Shown here one piece after another: positions 1 through 7,973 of a stretch of 64,000 bases of DNA (position 1 is the first letter of the stretch; the number at the start of each line of letters is the position of its first letter). A program made the translations under genes and the position numbers. Under the pieces are notes generated by a model. That model made no database searches. It was not told where the DNA came from and worked only from the letters and a program-made list of their open reading frames with translations. The stretch spans positions 62,001 to 126,000 of IMG/VR virus record IMGVR_UViG_3300032116_000001. One strand, 5' to 3'.

Positions 1-2
1 TT

Positions 3-512
3 TTGGAGCGCCTTTTGGCTAGCAATTTGTGCATCAAATGCGCTAAGTGTTTTGATACCAAATTCGAGTGATTGTTTGCTTGATTTCAGATGTTGTTCAA
101 GCGCGGCTCTTGTTTCTGATACGTTCTTGCCTTTTCTTGTGATCGCGTCGAATGCCCAGCCAAGATATCTTTTAATAAGTTCATTTTCTGGAGTAGTGGC
201 TTGTGCTGGTTGCTGTGCATTGGGATTTTGCATAAAGTTCTGCAAAGACTGAGGGGCTTGTACATTTGCTGGCAATGTGTATACGGGACTGGCTAGAGCA
301 GGAGTTTGAGGAATATTCACCGATCTTAAATCAACTGGTGCCAATGGATTGTAGGAATTTTGCTGTGGCATTTGTTGTGTAAACGGCATGGGGCTAAATT
401 GCGCCACTCTTTTCATAACATCCGTGACTACATCTGCTTCTTTGGTCATATTTTGATTATCGAGATCAGATGCGATCCCTGCCAGAGTTTCGAGAATATC
501 TTTGTTTTCCAT
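3..512 (-). CDS. Hypothetical Q/P-rich protein with N-terminal LxxIAxxLDxxxxxxEAD...KRVAQ tag (putative virion protein); runs off the left edge
   Basis: Not in the ORF track. ATG at 512 gives MENKDILETLAGIASDLDNQNMTKEADVVTDVMKRVAQF..., open to the window edge. SigH-like promoter at 543-567. Confidence 0.8.
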   Translation of the reverse strand, partial: MENKDILETLAGIASDLDNQNMTKEADVVTDVMKRVAQFSPMPFTQQMPQQNSYNPLAPVDLRSVNIPQTPALASPVYTLPANVQAPQSLQNFMQNPNAQQPAQATTPENELIKRYLGWAFDAITRKGKNVSETRAALEQHLKSSKQSLEFGIKTLSAFDAQIASQKALQ

Positions 513-548
513 TTTTATCACCGTGGAGAAGTTATTATATATTTTCTT

Positions 549-1859
549 TTATTGATTATGAATCCCTTCTTTATTTGGTCTTCCGATAGAATAATATTCA
601 TATCCGATTCGTTTCATTTCTTCTTCTTCGAACATATTTCTTCCGTCAAAAATCCGCGGATTTCTCATTTTCTGTTTAATTTCGCGCCATTTAATGTCTT
701 TGAATTCTTTCCATTCTGTAATGATCAGTATCGCGTCTGTGTTTTCGGCTAGTTCTTCGATAGTGTTAGTCCATTGCACATTCGTTAATATTTTTTCAGC
801 ATTATGTTTGGCCACGGGATCATATACTTTAACGATGGCTCCTTCCTTGACAAGTTTTTGAATAATTGGAATTGACCTAGCGTCTCTCATATCATCAGTA
901 TCGGGTTTAAATGCAACTCCGAGCACTCCGATAATTTTGTCATTGACTCCATTGAGATTCGTTTGAATTTTTTGGATAAATTCTTTAGGCATTTGTTCAT
1001 TAATTTCTTTAGTTGCTTTAAGCATTTTGAAATCATATCCGATTTGATCGGCGATATGGATAAGTGCGCTTGTATCTTTCCCGAAGCAGCTTCCACCCCA
1101 TCCTATTCCAGCCCCGAGGAATTTATCTCCGATTCTATGATCGAGTCCCATTCCTCTTGCCACTTCTTTTACATCGGCCCCGACTTGTTCGCATATTTGT
1201 GCAATGGCGTTGATAAAGCTAATTTTCGTGGCGAGGAATGCGTTTGATGCATATTTAATCATTTCGGCGCTAATTGTATCTGTGAGGAAAACTTGTGTTT
1301 GTAGTTCTTGATATGCTTCGATCAATTTCTCCGCGGTTTTCCAGTTATCTGTTCCGATCACGATTCTATCTCCATTCATAGCGTCATGGATTGCGCATCC
1401 TTCTCTAAGGAATTCTGGATTACTTACGACATCGAATGTTGTTGGAAATTTTTGATATTTTTGAATAATTTCTTTGACTCTATGTGCTGTTCCAGGGGGT
1501 ACTGTGGATTTATTCACCACGATGATATGTTCTCTCATGGACTCTCCGATTTCTTTCGCAACATTATCAATATATTGCAGATCGGGGCTGCCGTCTTCTT
1601 TTTCTGGAGTTCCCACGCACACAAAGACAATTTCGCCCCAGTTTGCGGCTTGTTCCACCGTGTTTCCGTAGAATATTTGTGCTTTAGCGTCTTCGATCAT
1701 ATCTTGGAGTTCTGGCTCATAGATAGGGCATTCTCCATTTTTGAGTTTTTTAATTTTTTCTGGATCACTATCTACGCACATAACATCGTGCCCGATGTTT
1801 GCCATGATTGCTGTTTGCACGAGTCCCACATATCCTGCTCCGATCACGCTAATTCTCAT
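549..1859 (-). CDS. ugd: UDP-glucose 6-dehydrogenase
   Basis: Rossmann GAGYVG, CVGTP, NKSTVPPGT, SNPEFLREG, catalytic GGSCFGKD, FKPDTDDMR. Confidence 0.95.
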   Translation of the reverse strand: MRISVIGAGYVGLVQTAIMANIGHDVMCVDSDPEKIKKLKNGECPIYEPELQDMIEDAKAQIFYGNTVEQAANWGEIVFVCVGTPEKEDGSPDLQYIDNVAKEIGESMREHIIVVNKSTVPPGTAHRVKEIIQKYQKFPTTFDVVSNPEFLREGCAIHDAMNGDRIVIGTDNWKTAEKLIEAYQELQTQVFLTDTISAEMIKYASNAFLATKISFINAIAQICEQVGADVKEVARGMGLDHRIGDKFLGAGIGWGGSCFGKDTSALIHIADQIGYDFKMLKATKEINEQMPKEFIQKIQTNLNGVNDKIIGVLGVAFKPDTDDMRDARSIPIIQKLVKEGAIVKVYDPVAKHNAEKILTNVQWTNTIEELAENTDAILIITEWKEFKDIKWREIKQKMRNPRIFDGRNMFEEEEMKRIGYEYYSIGRPNKEGIHNQ

Positions 1860-1922
1860 ATTTACTACTTATACCTTATAATTGCTTATTTTTCCTAATT
1901 GATTATCGTATTACATTTAGTT

Positions 1923-2183
1923 ATGGACATGAAAACATTTATTAGTGAGTTGTCTGATGGCGAGGCTCTTTTTATTGATGGTTTTGACAATGCTTTATTG
2001 CACCCTTGTCATGTTTGGCATGGTTCCTCAGCAGTCACTGTTGCCGCGTATAGCCACAATCGTTTGATTGACATTTTATGTTCTCGTGATGGAATGTCAA
2101 TCGAGGATGCTGAAGAGTACATTTCTTTCAACATCCTCGGTGCTTACATGGGGACTCACACCCCTGTTGTTTTATTTGATTGA
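1923..2183 (+). CDS. Small conserved phage hypothetical protein
   Basis: DGFDNA...YS...DGMSxEDAEEYISFNILGAYMGxxTP pattern typical of a widespread phage family. Start refined to ATG 1923. Confidence 0.65.
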   Translation: MDMKTFISELSDGEALFIDGFDNALLHPCHVWHGSSAVTVAAYSHNRLIDILCSRDGMSIEDAEEYISFNILGAYMGTHTPVVLFD

Positions 2184-2311
2184 CTTATCGCTTCGAATTA
2201 AAGATTTCTATTGTTTGATAGATTTTGCTTTCCCACATGGCCGCGATTAGGCTTGGGTTTATGATCGCGGCAGTGATCGCTCCGATCACTAGAAGAACAT
2301 TGTGATTTATT

Positions 2312-2998
2312 TTATTCTGTGTCATCTTCATAATCTTCCTCATAGTATGAGTTAATGTATTGCATCCACGGATCATTTTCGGGTGGATTCATTTCTTTCA
2401 TAAGAAATGGTGCAACTTCTTGTGTAAGAAATTCAATAAAGTCTTCGACTTTGCTATCAATTTCCACCCATTCAATATTCCCCGTAAGTGCGGCGGTTCC
2501 GTTTCCAGAAAGTTCGAACTTATATGGTTTATACTGCATGATACCAAGTCTTGTGATCGGGAACAGATGCAAATCTCTGGGATCATTATTCATAAGCGCA
2601 TATGCATAAGCCTGCAGTTGTCTTGTATAGAACTGCATTTTCCCGCCTATATTATTGCTTGCTTTATAATCGATGACTCCAAATGTCCCGTCTTCAAATT
2701 GCAGAGCTGCATCAATTTTGCCTCTAATAATAAATTCGAATTGATCTTCGATCACGAGTGGTTTTGATTGCACCCATGCATCTGAGTGCACAATTTTCGC
2801 ATTAGGCAGGAGTGGATCAAGTTCTTTTAGGTTTTTATTTTCGAGGCATCCTTTCATCACGCCATCGATATCGCCAACGACCTTTGGCATATTCATTCGC
2901 GGTCTTCTAATGCCATGTTTATATTTTTCATAAAATGCCCACGGTTCTTTTTCCCACAGGAATGTAAAATCTGACGGACTAAATACAATTTGTCTCAT
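2312..2998 (-). CDS. PD-(D/E)XK nuclease (RecB/Cas4-like exonuclease family)
   Basis: N-terminal FSPS, IRGKIDAAL...VIDYKAS, YTRQLQAYAY motifs. Confidence 0.8.
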   Translation of the reverse strand: MRQIVFSPSDFTFLWEKEPWAFYEKYKHGIRRPRMNMPKVVGDIDGVMKGCLENKNLKELDPLLPNAKIVHSDAWVQSKPLVIEDQFEFIIRGKIDAALQFEDGTFGVIDYKASNNIGGKMQFYTRQLQAYAYALMNNDPRDLHLFPITRLGIMQYKPYKFELSGNGTAALTGNIEWVEIDSKVEDFIEFLTQEVAPFLMKEMNPPENDPWMQYINSYYEEDYEDDTE

Positions 2999-3060
2999 GT
3001 TGTTTTATTTTAGATGGAGTTCATCTTTTATTTATTCGTGCAAATAGGGTTAGATTTTCA

Positions 3061-3744
3061 TTATTTTTCTTCGATTTTTGGTAATGGCAGTGATCCTCTT
3101 TTTTCAATTATGTTTTCATTTGGATTTAGTTTTTGTTCAGCTACGATCATAATATCATGTAGCCACCATATTTTGTGATGCACTCCTACTATTGTGTCTG
3201 TCACATAGGGGTGGGTTTCTTTTTTAATTTGATATTGCGCCTTCATTGCGGCCAGGATGGATTTCATTTTGTCGTTACGTGCTTTTTCTGGAATTAGTTC
3301 CCATATTGCATCGATTTGGCCGCACATCAGGCGCATCATAATGTCACAGCTTTGTGTAACGAGTTGAAGTTCTTCTTCATTAACTTCATGTGTTTTGATT
3401 TCATTTGGTGTGCTTTTAAGCATCATGGCTTGGTTTTTGAATCTCTTATTGAGTCCTGTTGCCATTTGTCCTTTTTTACTGATTTTAAGTATATTTAGGT
3501 ATTTGCCTGGGGGCAATTGTGTGCAGAGTGTTTCTATGTTCATTAGTTCTAATCGTAGCGCCTGAATTGTTGCATCAAACTCTTGAGCCTCGACCTTGAG
3601 TCTTTTGATTTGTGCGGTTCTATTTTTTGCGATCAGATCGGCGACTTTGTTTAATTCTCCTCTTGCAATACATCGTGTTATTGCCATAGCTTCTGCTATG
3701 GTTTTGTATTGTATTCTATTCATGTGGAGTATATATTTTTTCAT
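3061..3744 (-). CDS. Hypothetical protein
   Basis: 227-aa ORF, co-oriented with neighbours, no recognisable motif. Confidence 0.7.
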   Translation of the reverse strand: MKKYILHMNRIQYKTIAEAMAITRCIARGELNKVADLIAKNRTAQIKRLKVEAQEFDATIQALRLELMNIETLCTQLPPGKYLNILKISKKGQMATGLNKRFKNQAMMLKSTPNEIKTHEVNEEELQLVTQSCDIMMRLMCGQIDAIWELIPEKARNDKMKSILAAMKAQYQIKKETHPYVTDTIVGVHHKIWWLHDIMIVAEQKLNPNENIIEKRGSLPLPKIEEK

Positions 3745-3777
3745 ATGATGTCGCAGCGTGTTTTTACAACCGAGGAG

Positions 3778-3811
3778 TTTTTAGGCCAGCCAAAAATGGC
3801 TGGCCTAAAAA
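3778..3811. repeat. 15-bp inverted repeat
   Basis: TTTTTAGGCCAGCCA / TGGCTGGCCTAAAAA. Confidence 0.8.
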
Positions 3812-3832
3812 CGAACGAGGATGTATTTTGTT

Positions 3833-4486
3833 TTATTGATTTATTAAGTCTTTGTTAATCCAGTTTTGATATATTTCTGGATACTTGTTGTCTCGAAATT
3901 CTTGTATACTATCATAATATTGATTTTTCTTATCATGGTAGATAATTATTGGTTCTTTTTCGCACGCCATAAGAAACCAATTGAGGATTAGTCTTCCAGT
4001 TCTTCCGTTGCCGTCCAGGAATGGATGTATGACTTCAAAGAGGTGGTGTGTATTCCACGCGGCTTCCACGGGGTCGATTTGATTATCTTGCGCTTGTTTA
4101 AGCCACGTTTGTGACATTGGCACCCAGAGTTCTCTCATGAGCGACGGCACTAAATAATGTTCGGGCGCGAATTTCCCATTAATTTTTACATTATGATTTC
4201 TATATGTCCCTCTTGCATTATTGAGTTCAAAAAAATCGACATTTTTCCCAAGTGTGGCATGTAGTGATCGTGGGATAATTTCTGTCACAACTTTGTTTTG
4301 TGTTTTGGCCAGTTCCATGGCTATTTCAAATGCATCTTTTTGATTGTCATAGAGTAATTCTCCTGGTTTGCTGCCAGGAATAAAATCTCCAAAGTAGCCA
4401 TATTGTGGGTCAATTTTATTGCTTTCTATTACGAAAGCATCAATATCAAATTTGTTCATTATAATTATATTACGTTTTATTTGCAT
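3833..4486 (-). CDS. Fic/Doc family protein (putative AMPylase)
   Basis: Intact Fic motif HPFLDGNGRTGR; ESNKI and GTYR elements. Confidence 0.9.
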   Translation of the reverse strand: MQIKRNIIIMNKFDIDAFVIESNKIDPQYGYFGDFIPGSKPGELLYDNQKDAFEIAMELAKTQNKVVTEIIPRSLHATLGKNVDFFELNNARGTYRNHNVKINGKFAPEHYLVPSLMRELWVPMSQTWLKQAQDNQIDPVEAAWNTHHLFEVIHPFLDGNGRTGRLILNWFLMACEKEPIIIYHDKKNQYYDSIQEFRDNKYPEIYQNWINKDLINQ

Positions 4487-4495
4487 CCAAAGTGC

Positions 4496-5080
4496 TCATT
4501 TCTGTTTGAAATTGTACTTTTTGATATTATTTTCCGTAATGTTAAAGATAATTATGGGTTTGATTTTTAGCATTGCGTCTTTGATTGCGTTTGCGGTCCC
4601 TCCCTTTTGTGTCCCCGACCACACTGCGATCACTGCGTCTGATTTTTCAATCATCCATTTATTTCTTTTATCCAGCCAGTTCACGGCCTCATAATATTGC
4701 CATTGTGGTGCATTTTCATTTAATTCAATGATTTCTTTTGCTTTAAATTTTTCATATTGTTTTTTATCTGGTTTATAGGCATGTATTTCATCTGCTTTTT
4801 GCACAATGTTATTCCAGTCATTTTTTTCTTTATTAGGGAATTGTTTAGTTTGTCCTGGGAACGGTATTGCTACGATCAGTTGAATATCGGGGAATTCTTG
4901 TTTCAATTCGATTACAATTTGCGCAGCGTACATATCAACTCCCATTGCCATCCCGCTAATGAATCGTCTATAATTCTTTTGATATGCTGCTCGAATTAAT
5001 TTTTCAAGTGTTTTTTTAACTAGTTCTTCTTTACCTTGCAGTTCTTTTGGTCTATGTCCAGTGAAGCAAATAGTTTTCAT
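4496..5080 (-). CDS. SLOG/YspA (DUF1273) family protein
   Basis: CFTGHRP, FISGMAMGVD, RNKWMIEKSD.VIAVW, GGTAN motifs. Confidence 0.85.
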   Translation of the reverse strand: MKTICFTGHRPKELQGKEELVKKTLEKLIRAAYQKNYRRFISGMAMGVDMYAAQIVIELKQEFPDIQLIVAIPFPGQTKQFPNKEKNDWNNIVQKADEIHAYKPDKKQYEKFKAKEIIELNENAPQWQYYEAVNWLDKRNKWMIEKSDAVIAVWSGTQKGGTANAIKDAMLKIKPIIIFNITENNIKKYNFKQK

Positions 5081-5206
5081 ATTTATGTATTAGTTAATTA
5101 TGATTTGAAATTCAGGATGTTGTTGTATAAATGTTTTTGTCTGTGCATGAGTCTAGATATTGCCCAGAACATTTCCAGTTATTCTGGACAGAGGTATAAA
5201 AACAAA

Positions 5207-5536
5207 ATGGATTCCAATAAATTTCAGATTTCTCCTCCCGATCCTAACGGTGCTGTTGATACAAGCGCGGCTCCAACGATCACTCCCGAGGAGTACAGAG
5301 AGATTATTCTGATGCGTCAGCAGGTTTTAGAGATCAAGGCTCAAAAGAGTGATCTTCAAGATTATCTTAGCGCAGTTCAGGCTCGGCTTTCTGAGGCTAA
5401 TGAAAAGATTACTAGTATTACAGAATCTTTGCAGTCCAAGGTTTCTGATATTGCAAAGCAGCATGGTATTACTGGGGAGTTTTCTATTTCTGAGACTGAG
5501 CCTCACACGATCAATATAATTACAAACCAAGATTAA
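5207..5536 (+). CDS. Small coiled-coil hypothetical protein
   Basis: Likely start ATG 5207 (MDSNKFQ), 6 nt after TATAAA; heptad-like middle region. Confidence 0.65.
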   Translation: MDSNKFQISPPDPNGAVDTSAAPTITPEEYREIILMRQQVLEIKAQKSDLQDYLSAVQARLSEANEKITSITESLQSKVSDIAKQHGITGEFSISETEPHTINIITNQD

Positions 5537-5553
5537 GGCATTGTTTTGGTTTC

Positions 5554-5596
5554 AATCTGCTTTCCGATTGTTTTCTATCGGCGGCAGATTTTTTTT
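5554..5596 (+). terminator. Terminator after 5207..5536
   Basis: AATCTGC..CCGAT / ATCGG..GCAGATT plus T8. Confidence 0.6.
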
Positions 5597-5656
5597 GACT
5601 CGATGCGGCGATGTTCCCGCCCAAAAGGGGCGCGGAACTAGTGGAGCATCGAGTCA
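5596..5656. repeat. GC-rich long hairpin element A
   Basis: TGACTCGATGC...GCATCGAGTCA outer stem; core CCCGCCCAAAAGGGGC. Confidence 0.65.
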
Positions 5657-5657
5657 T

Positions 5658-6176
5658 CTATTCTTTAAGGATTGGATAAAATTCTTTTTCAGACACGATG
5701 CCGACAAAGCTTGATGTCATATCAACGGGAACATCCCATAGTTTCCCTTTTGCCGCTTGTTCTTTTGTGACATCAAGATATTCGCTAACTGATTCAATAA
5801 ATTCATCATCAAGTTTCCACATAATGGGTTTTAGGCCCATGTGGTCAAGTATTTGAAGCGTATACCAAAGCATTTGAATATTTGGGTCACTAGATTTAAA
5901 GTCGGCAGAAAAAACTTCTATTTCAGATGATGCAGCAGCGATCATAATTTCTTTGTTTTCTTTGGTCATCTTTTTAATTTCTGCCTCACGCTTAAGGGCT
6001 TGAGATTTATTTGCTGCTTTTTCTTTCCATACTAGTTCGACTGGTCTTCTAGATTTGGTATACGCTGCCCCTTTTTTGCTTTGGTTATGTTCTTCGGTCC
6101 TTTTTTGCGGGTCTATTGCGATACCGCAATACAAGGAGTTATCTGCGCACCTAACTATATAAACCCACCATTCCAT
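5658..6176 (-). CDS. GIY-YIG nuclease (YhbQ/UPF0213-like) with C-terminal extension
   Basis: WVYIVRCADNSLYCGI...R..EHN..KGAAYTKSRRPVELV...ALKREAEIKK. Confidence 0.9.
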   Translation of the reverse strand: MEWWVYIVRCADNSLYCGIAIDPQKRTEEHNQSKKGAAYTKSRRPVELVWKEKAANKSQALKREAEIKKMTKENKEIMIAAASSEIEVFSADFKSSDPNIQMLWYTLQILDHMGLKPIMWKLDDEFIESVSEYLDVTKEQAAKGKLWDVPVDMTSSFVGIVSEKEFYPILKE

Positions 6177-6360
6177 CTTGTTGTATTTTTCCTATTAATT
6201 TAATTATTTAATTTTGTGCTCTTCGCACCGTAATGTCTAAATCAGTGTAATAGCTCGTTAAAACCTGCAAAGATTCTTTCAATTGATCGATTTCTTCATA
6301 TGCGGCAAAGATTTTCTCATCTGATTTATTTTTGCAGTCAATAATTTCGACTTTTCTAAT

Positions 6361-6975
6361 CTAGGGTGTTGGTTGTTCATTATTTTCTTCTCCTTGTTTT
6401 TTTGCTTCTCTTTTTTCTATTTTGCGTTTTTCTGCTGCTTCTTGCTCGGCTCTGTATTGTTCTTTCGGGTGTCTAAATCTTTTTATAACAATTTCCACTC
6501 TTGCATTTTCTTTATCAGGTGGTAGCATTGTGTGGCTGCCGTCATCTGTCCAATGAATCCACATATCGTTAGCTATAATGCCATGTTTTTCAATAATATC
6601 TCCGATAGATTGTTGGTATCCAGTTACGTCTCCCATAACCCATGTATCAACCACGACTTTGAGGCATACGCTCACGCCAAAATCAAGTGGTTCTTTGCCT
6701 AGATTTTTCCAAACTTCTTCACAAAAAGGCTTGCAGTATTTTTCATAACGTTCGTATTGTTCTGATGGAAGAATTCTGGTAAATCCTCCCATTTTGACAA
6801 CTCTTTGGTGTGTCTTTTTCGTTGCTGGTCTTCCTGGGATAGTAAATTCAAGAATTGTTTCTCCATCGGGGAGTAATTCTTCTGGAGTCACATTATGAAA
6901 AACAAATTCTTTTTTGACAGCTGGTTTTGCAGTTTTATTTGCTTTCTTTGGAGATTTTTTGTTTGATTTAGGCAT
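6361..6975 (-). CDS. RusA-like Holliday junction resolvase
   Basis: FTIPGRPATKK, DxxGYQQSIGDII...GIIANDMWI, ARVEIVI pattern. Confidence 0.7.
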   Translation of the reverse strand: MPKSNKKSPKKANKTAKPAVKKEFVFHNVTPEELLPDGETILEFTIPGRPATKKTHQRVVKMGGFTRILPSEQYERYEKYCKPFCEEVWKNLGKEPLDFGVSVCLKVVVDTWVMGDVTGYQQSIGDIIEKHGIIANDMWIHWTDDGSHTMLPPDKENARVEIVIKRFRHPKEQYRAEQEAAEKRKIEKREAKKQGEENNEQPTP

Positions 6976-7029
6976 GATAATGGCTCATAAGTTATTTAAA
7001 ACCTATGAGCCATTATACAATAAAACTTA

Positions 7030-7887
7030 TTAAAGCGGTGTTGTGAATCTGGTATATGTTTCAAAGTCAATTTTTGCTTTTGTTATTTGATTAGCGTTCA
7101 TTTGTCTTTCAACATTTTTTCTTATTTGTGTTTGCCCTAGTCCCAGGAATGTTGTTCCTATTTGCAACGATGTTGCGGCAGTTGTTGCAATTAACTGTCC
7201 TGGTTGTTGCAATCTAATATCGAGGTCGCTAAATTGTGCTGGTGTTGCCAGTGCTGTTACGCTTCCGCTGACGTGATATCCCTGTATGCCAAAATAAGGT
7301 GCTTGGCTACCAGTGTTAATTAAATAGTTTTCGCTAATAGTAAAGTTAATGTTTATGCTTCCTGTAAGAATTGCATAAGTTTGTGTTTCTTGTGAATCTT
7401 GTATTGTCAAGAATGTGTCATAAAATCTTGCTACTCGCGATATAAAATCTGGCGGCAAGACATCAACTGCATAGTGTGCATTAAACGCGCCTGGAATGCT
7501 TGACCAAAATTCTAGATCACATGTTACGCCTTCTTGTGCAATATTGATGGTCGCTTGCTTAAGTAGGTAGTTTTCGTTTCCCTGTGTTGTTGGGTCTCTT
7601 AAAAGATTAAAAGAGTATTTAATTAAATCAAAGGCGTCTGTTGTGGTGTCAGATGTATTTGGATTAAGTTCAATAATTAGCGCTGGGGTTTTAATTCGGG
7701 TTATCCACTTAACTCCACCAACGTTCATAACGTGCGTTCCAATATCTCCTTGCATAAGGAGTTTGGGTTCTACTTCTTGTGCTTGGGTTTCGCTCCAGCT
7801 TTCAAACAGCCTAATGAATCCCGCTCCATCGCGGAAATAATACCATGTTGAAATATATTCTGGCGGCAGGATGGGCATATTTTTCAC
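7030..7887 (-). CDS. Hypothetical protein, beta-rich/Thr-rich; possible tail-tube-like virion protein
   Basis: 285-aa ORF preceded by AGGG-N18-GAAA promoter. Structural role is inferred from composition only. Confidence 0.5.
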   Translation of the reverse strand: MKNMPILPPEYISTWYYFRDGAGFIRLFESWSETQAQEVEPKLLMQGDIGTHVMNVGGVKWITRIKTPALIIELNPNTSDTTTDAFDLIKYSFNLLRDPTTQGNENYLLKQATINIAQEGVTCDLEFWSSIPGAFNAHYAVDVLPPDFISRVARFYDTFLTIQDSQETQTYAILTGSININFTISENYLINTGSQAPYFGIQGYHVSGSVTALATPAQFSDLDIRLQQPGQLIATTAATSLQIGTTFLGLGQTQIRKNVERQMNANQITKAKIDFETYTRFTTPL

Positions 7888-7947
7888 CGATTGTTTTGAA
7901 AATTAAGCTAGTAGCGCCGTCAATGCGAAGCCAACAATCAGTATATT

Positions 7948-7973
7948 TTTCCACAGCTTTGTGTTTTTACCCT
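7948..7973 (-). promoter_or_regulatory. SigH-like promoter AGGG-N18-GAAA
   Basis: Upstream of 7030..7887. Confidence 0.55.

Noticed and set aside
52-752. Plus-strand ORFs 52..252 and 360..752, and most other short overlapping ORFs in the track
   Set aside because: Antisense or out-of-frame shadows of well-supported genes.
2312-2998. Cas4/CRISPR system
   Set aside because: No Fe-S cysteines, no other cas genes and no repeat-spacer array seen.
5596-5656. tRNA or known riboswitch
   Set aside because: A single long hairpin with no cloverleaf or T-loop consensus; kept only as a repeat element.
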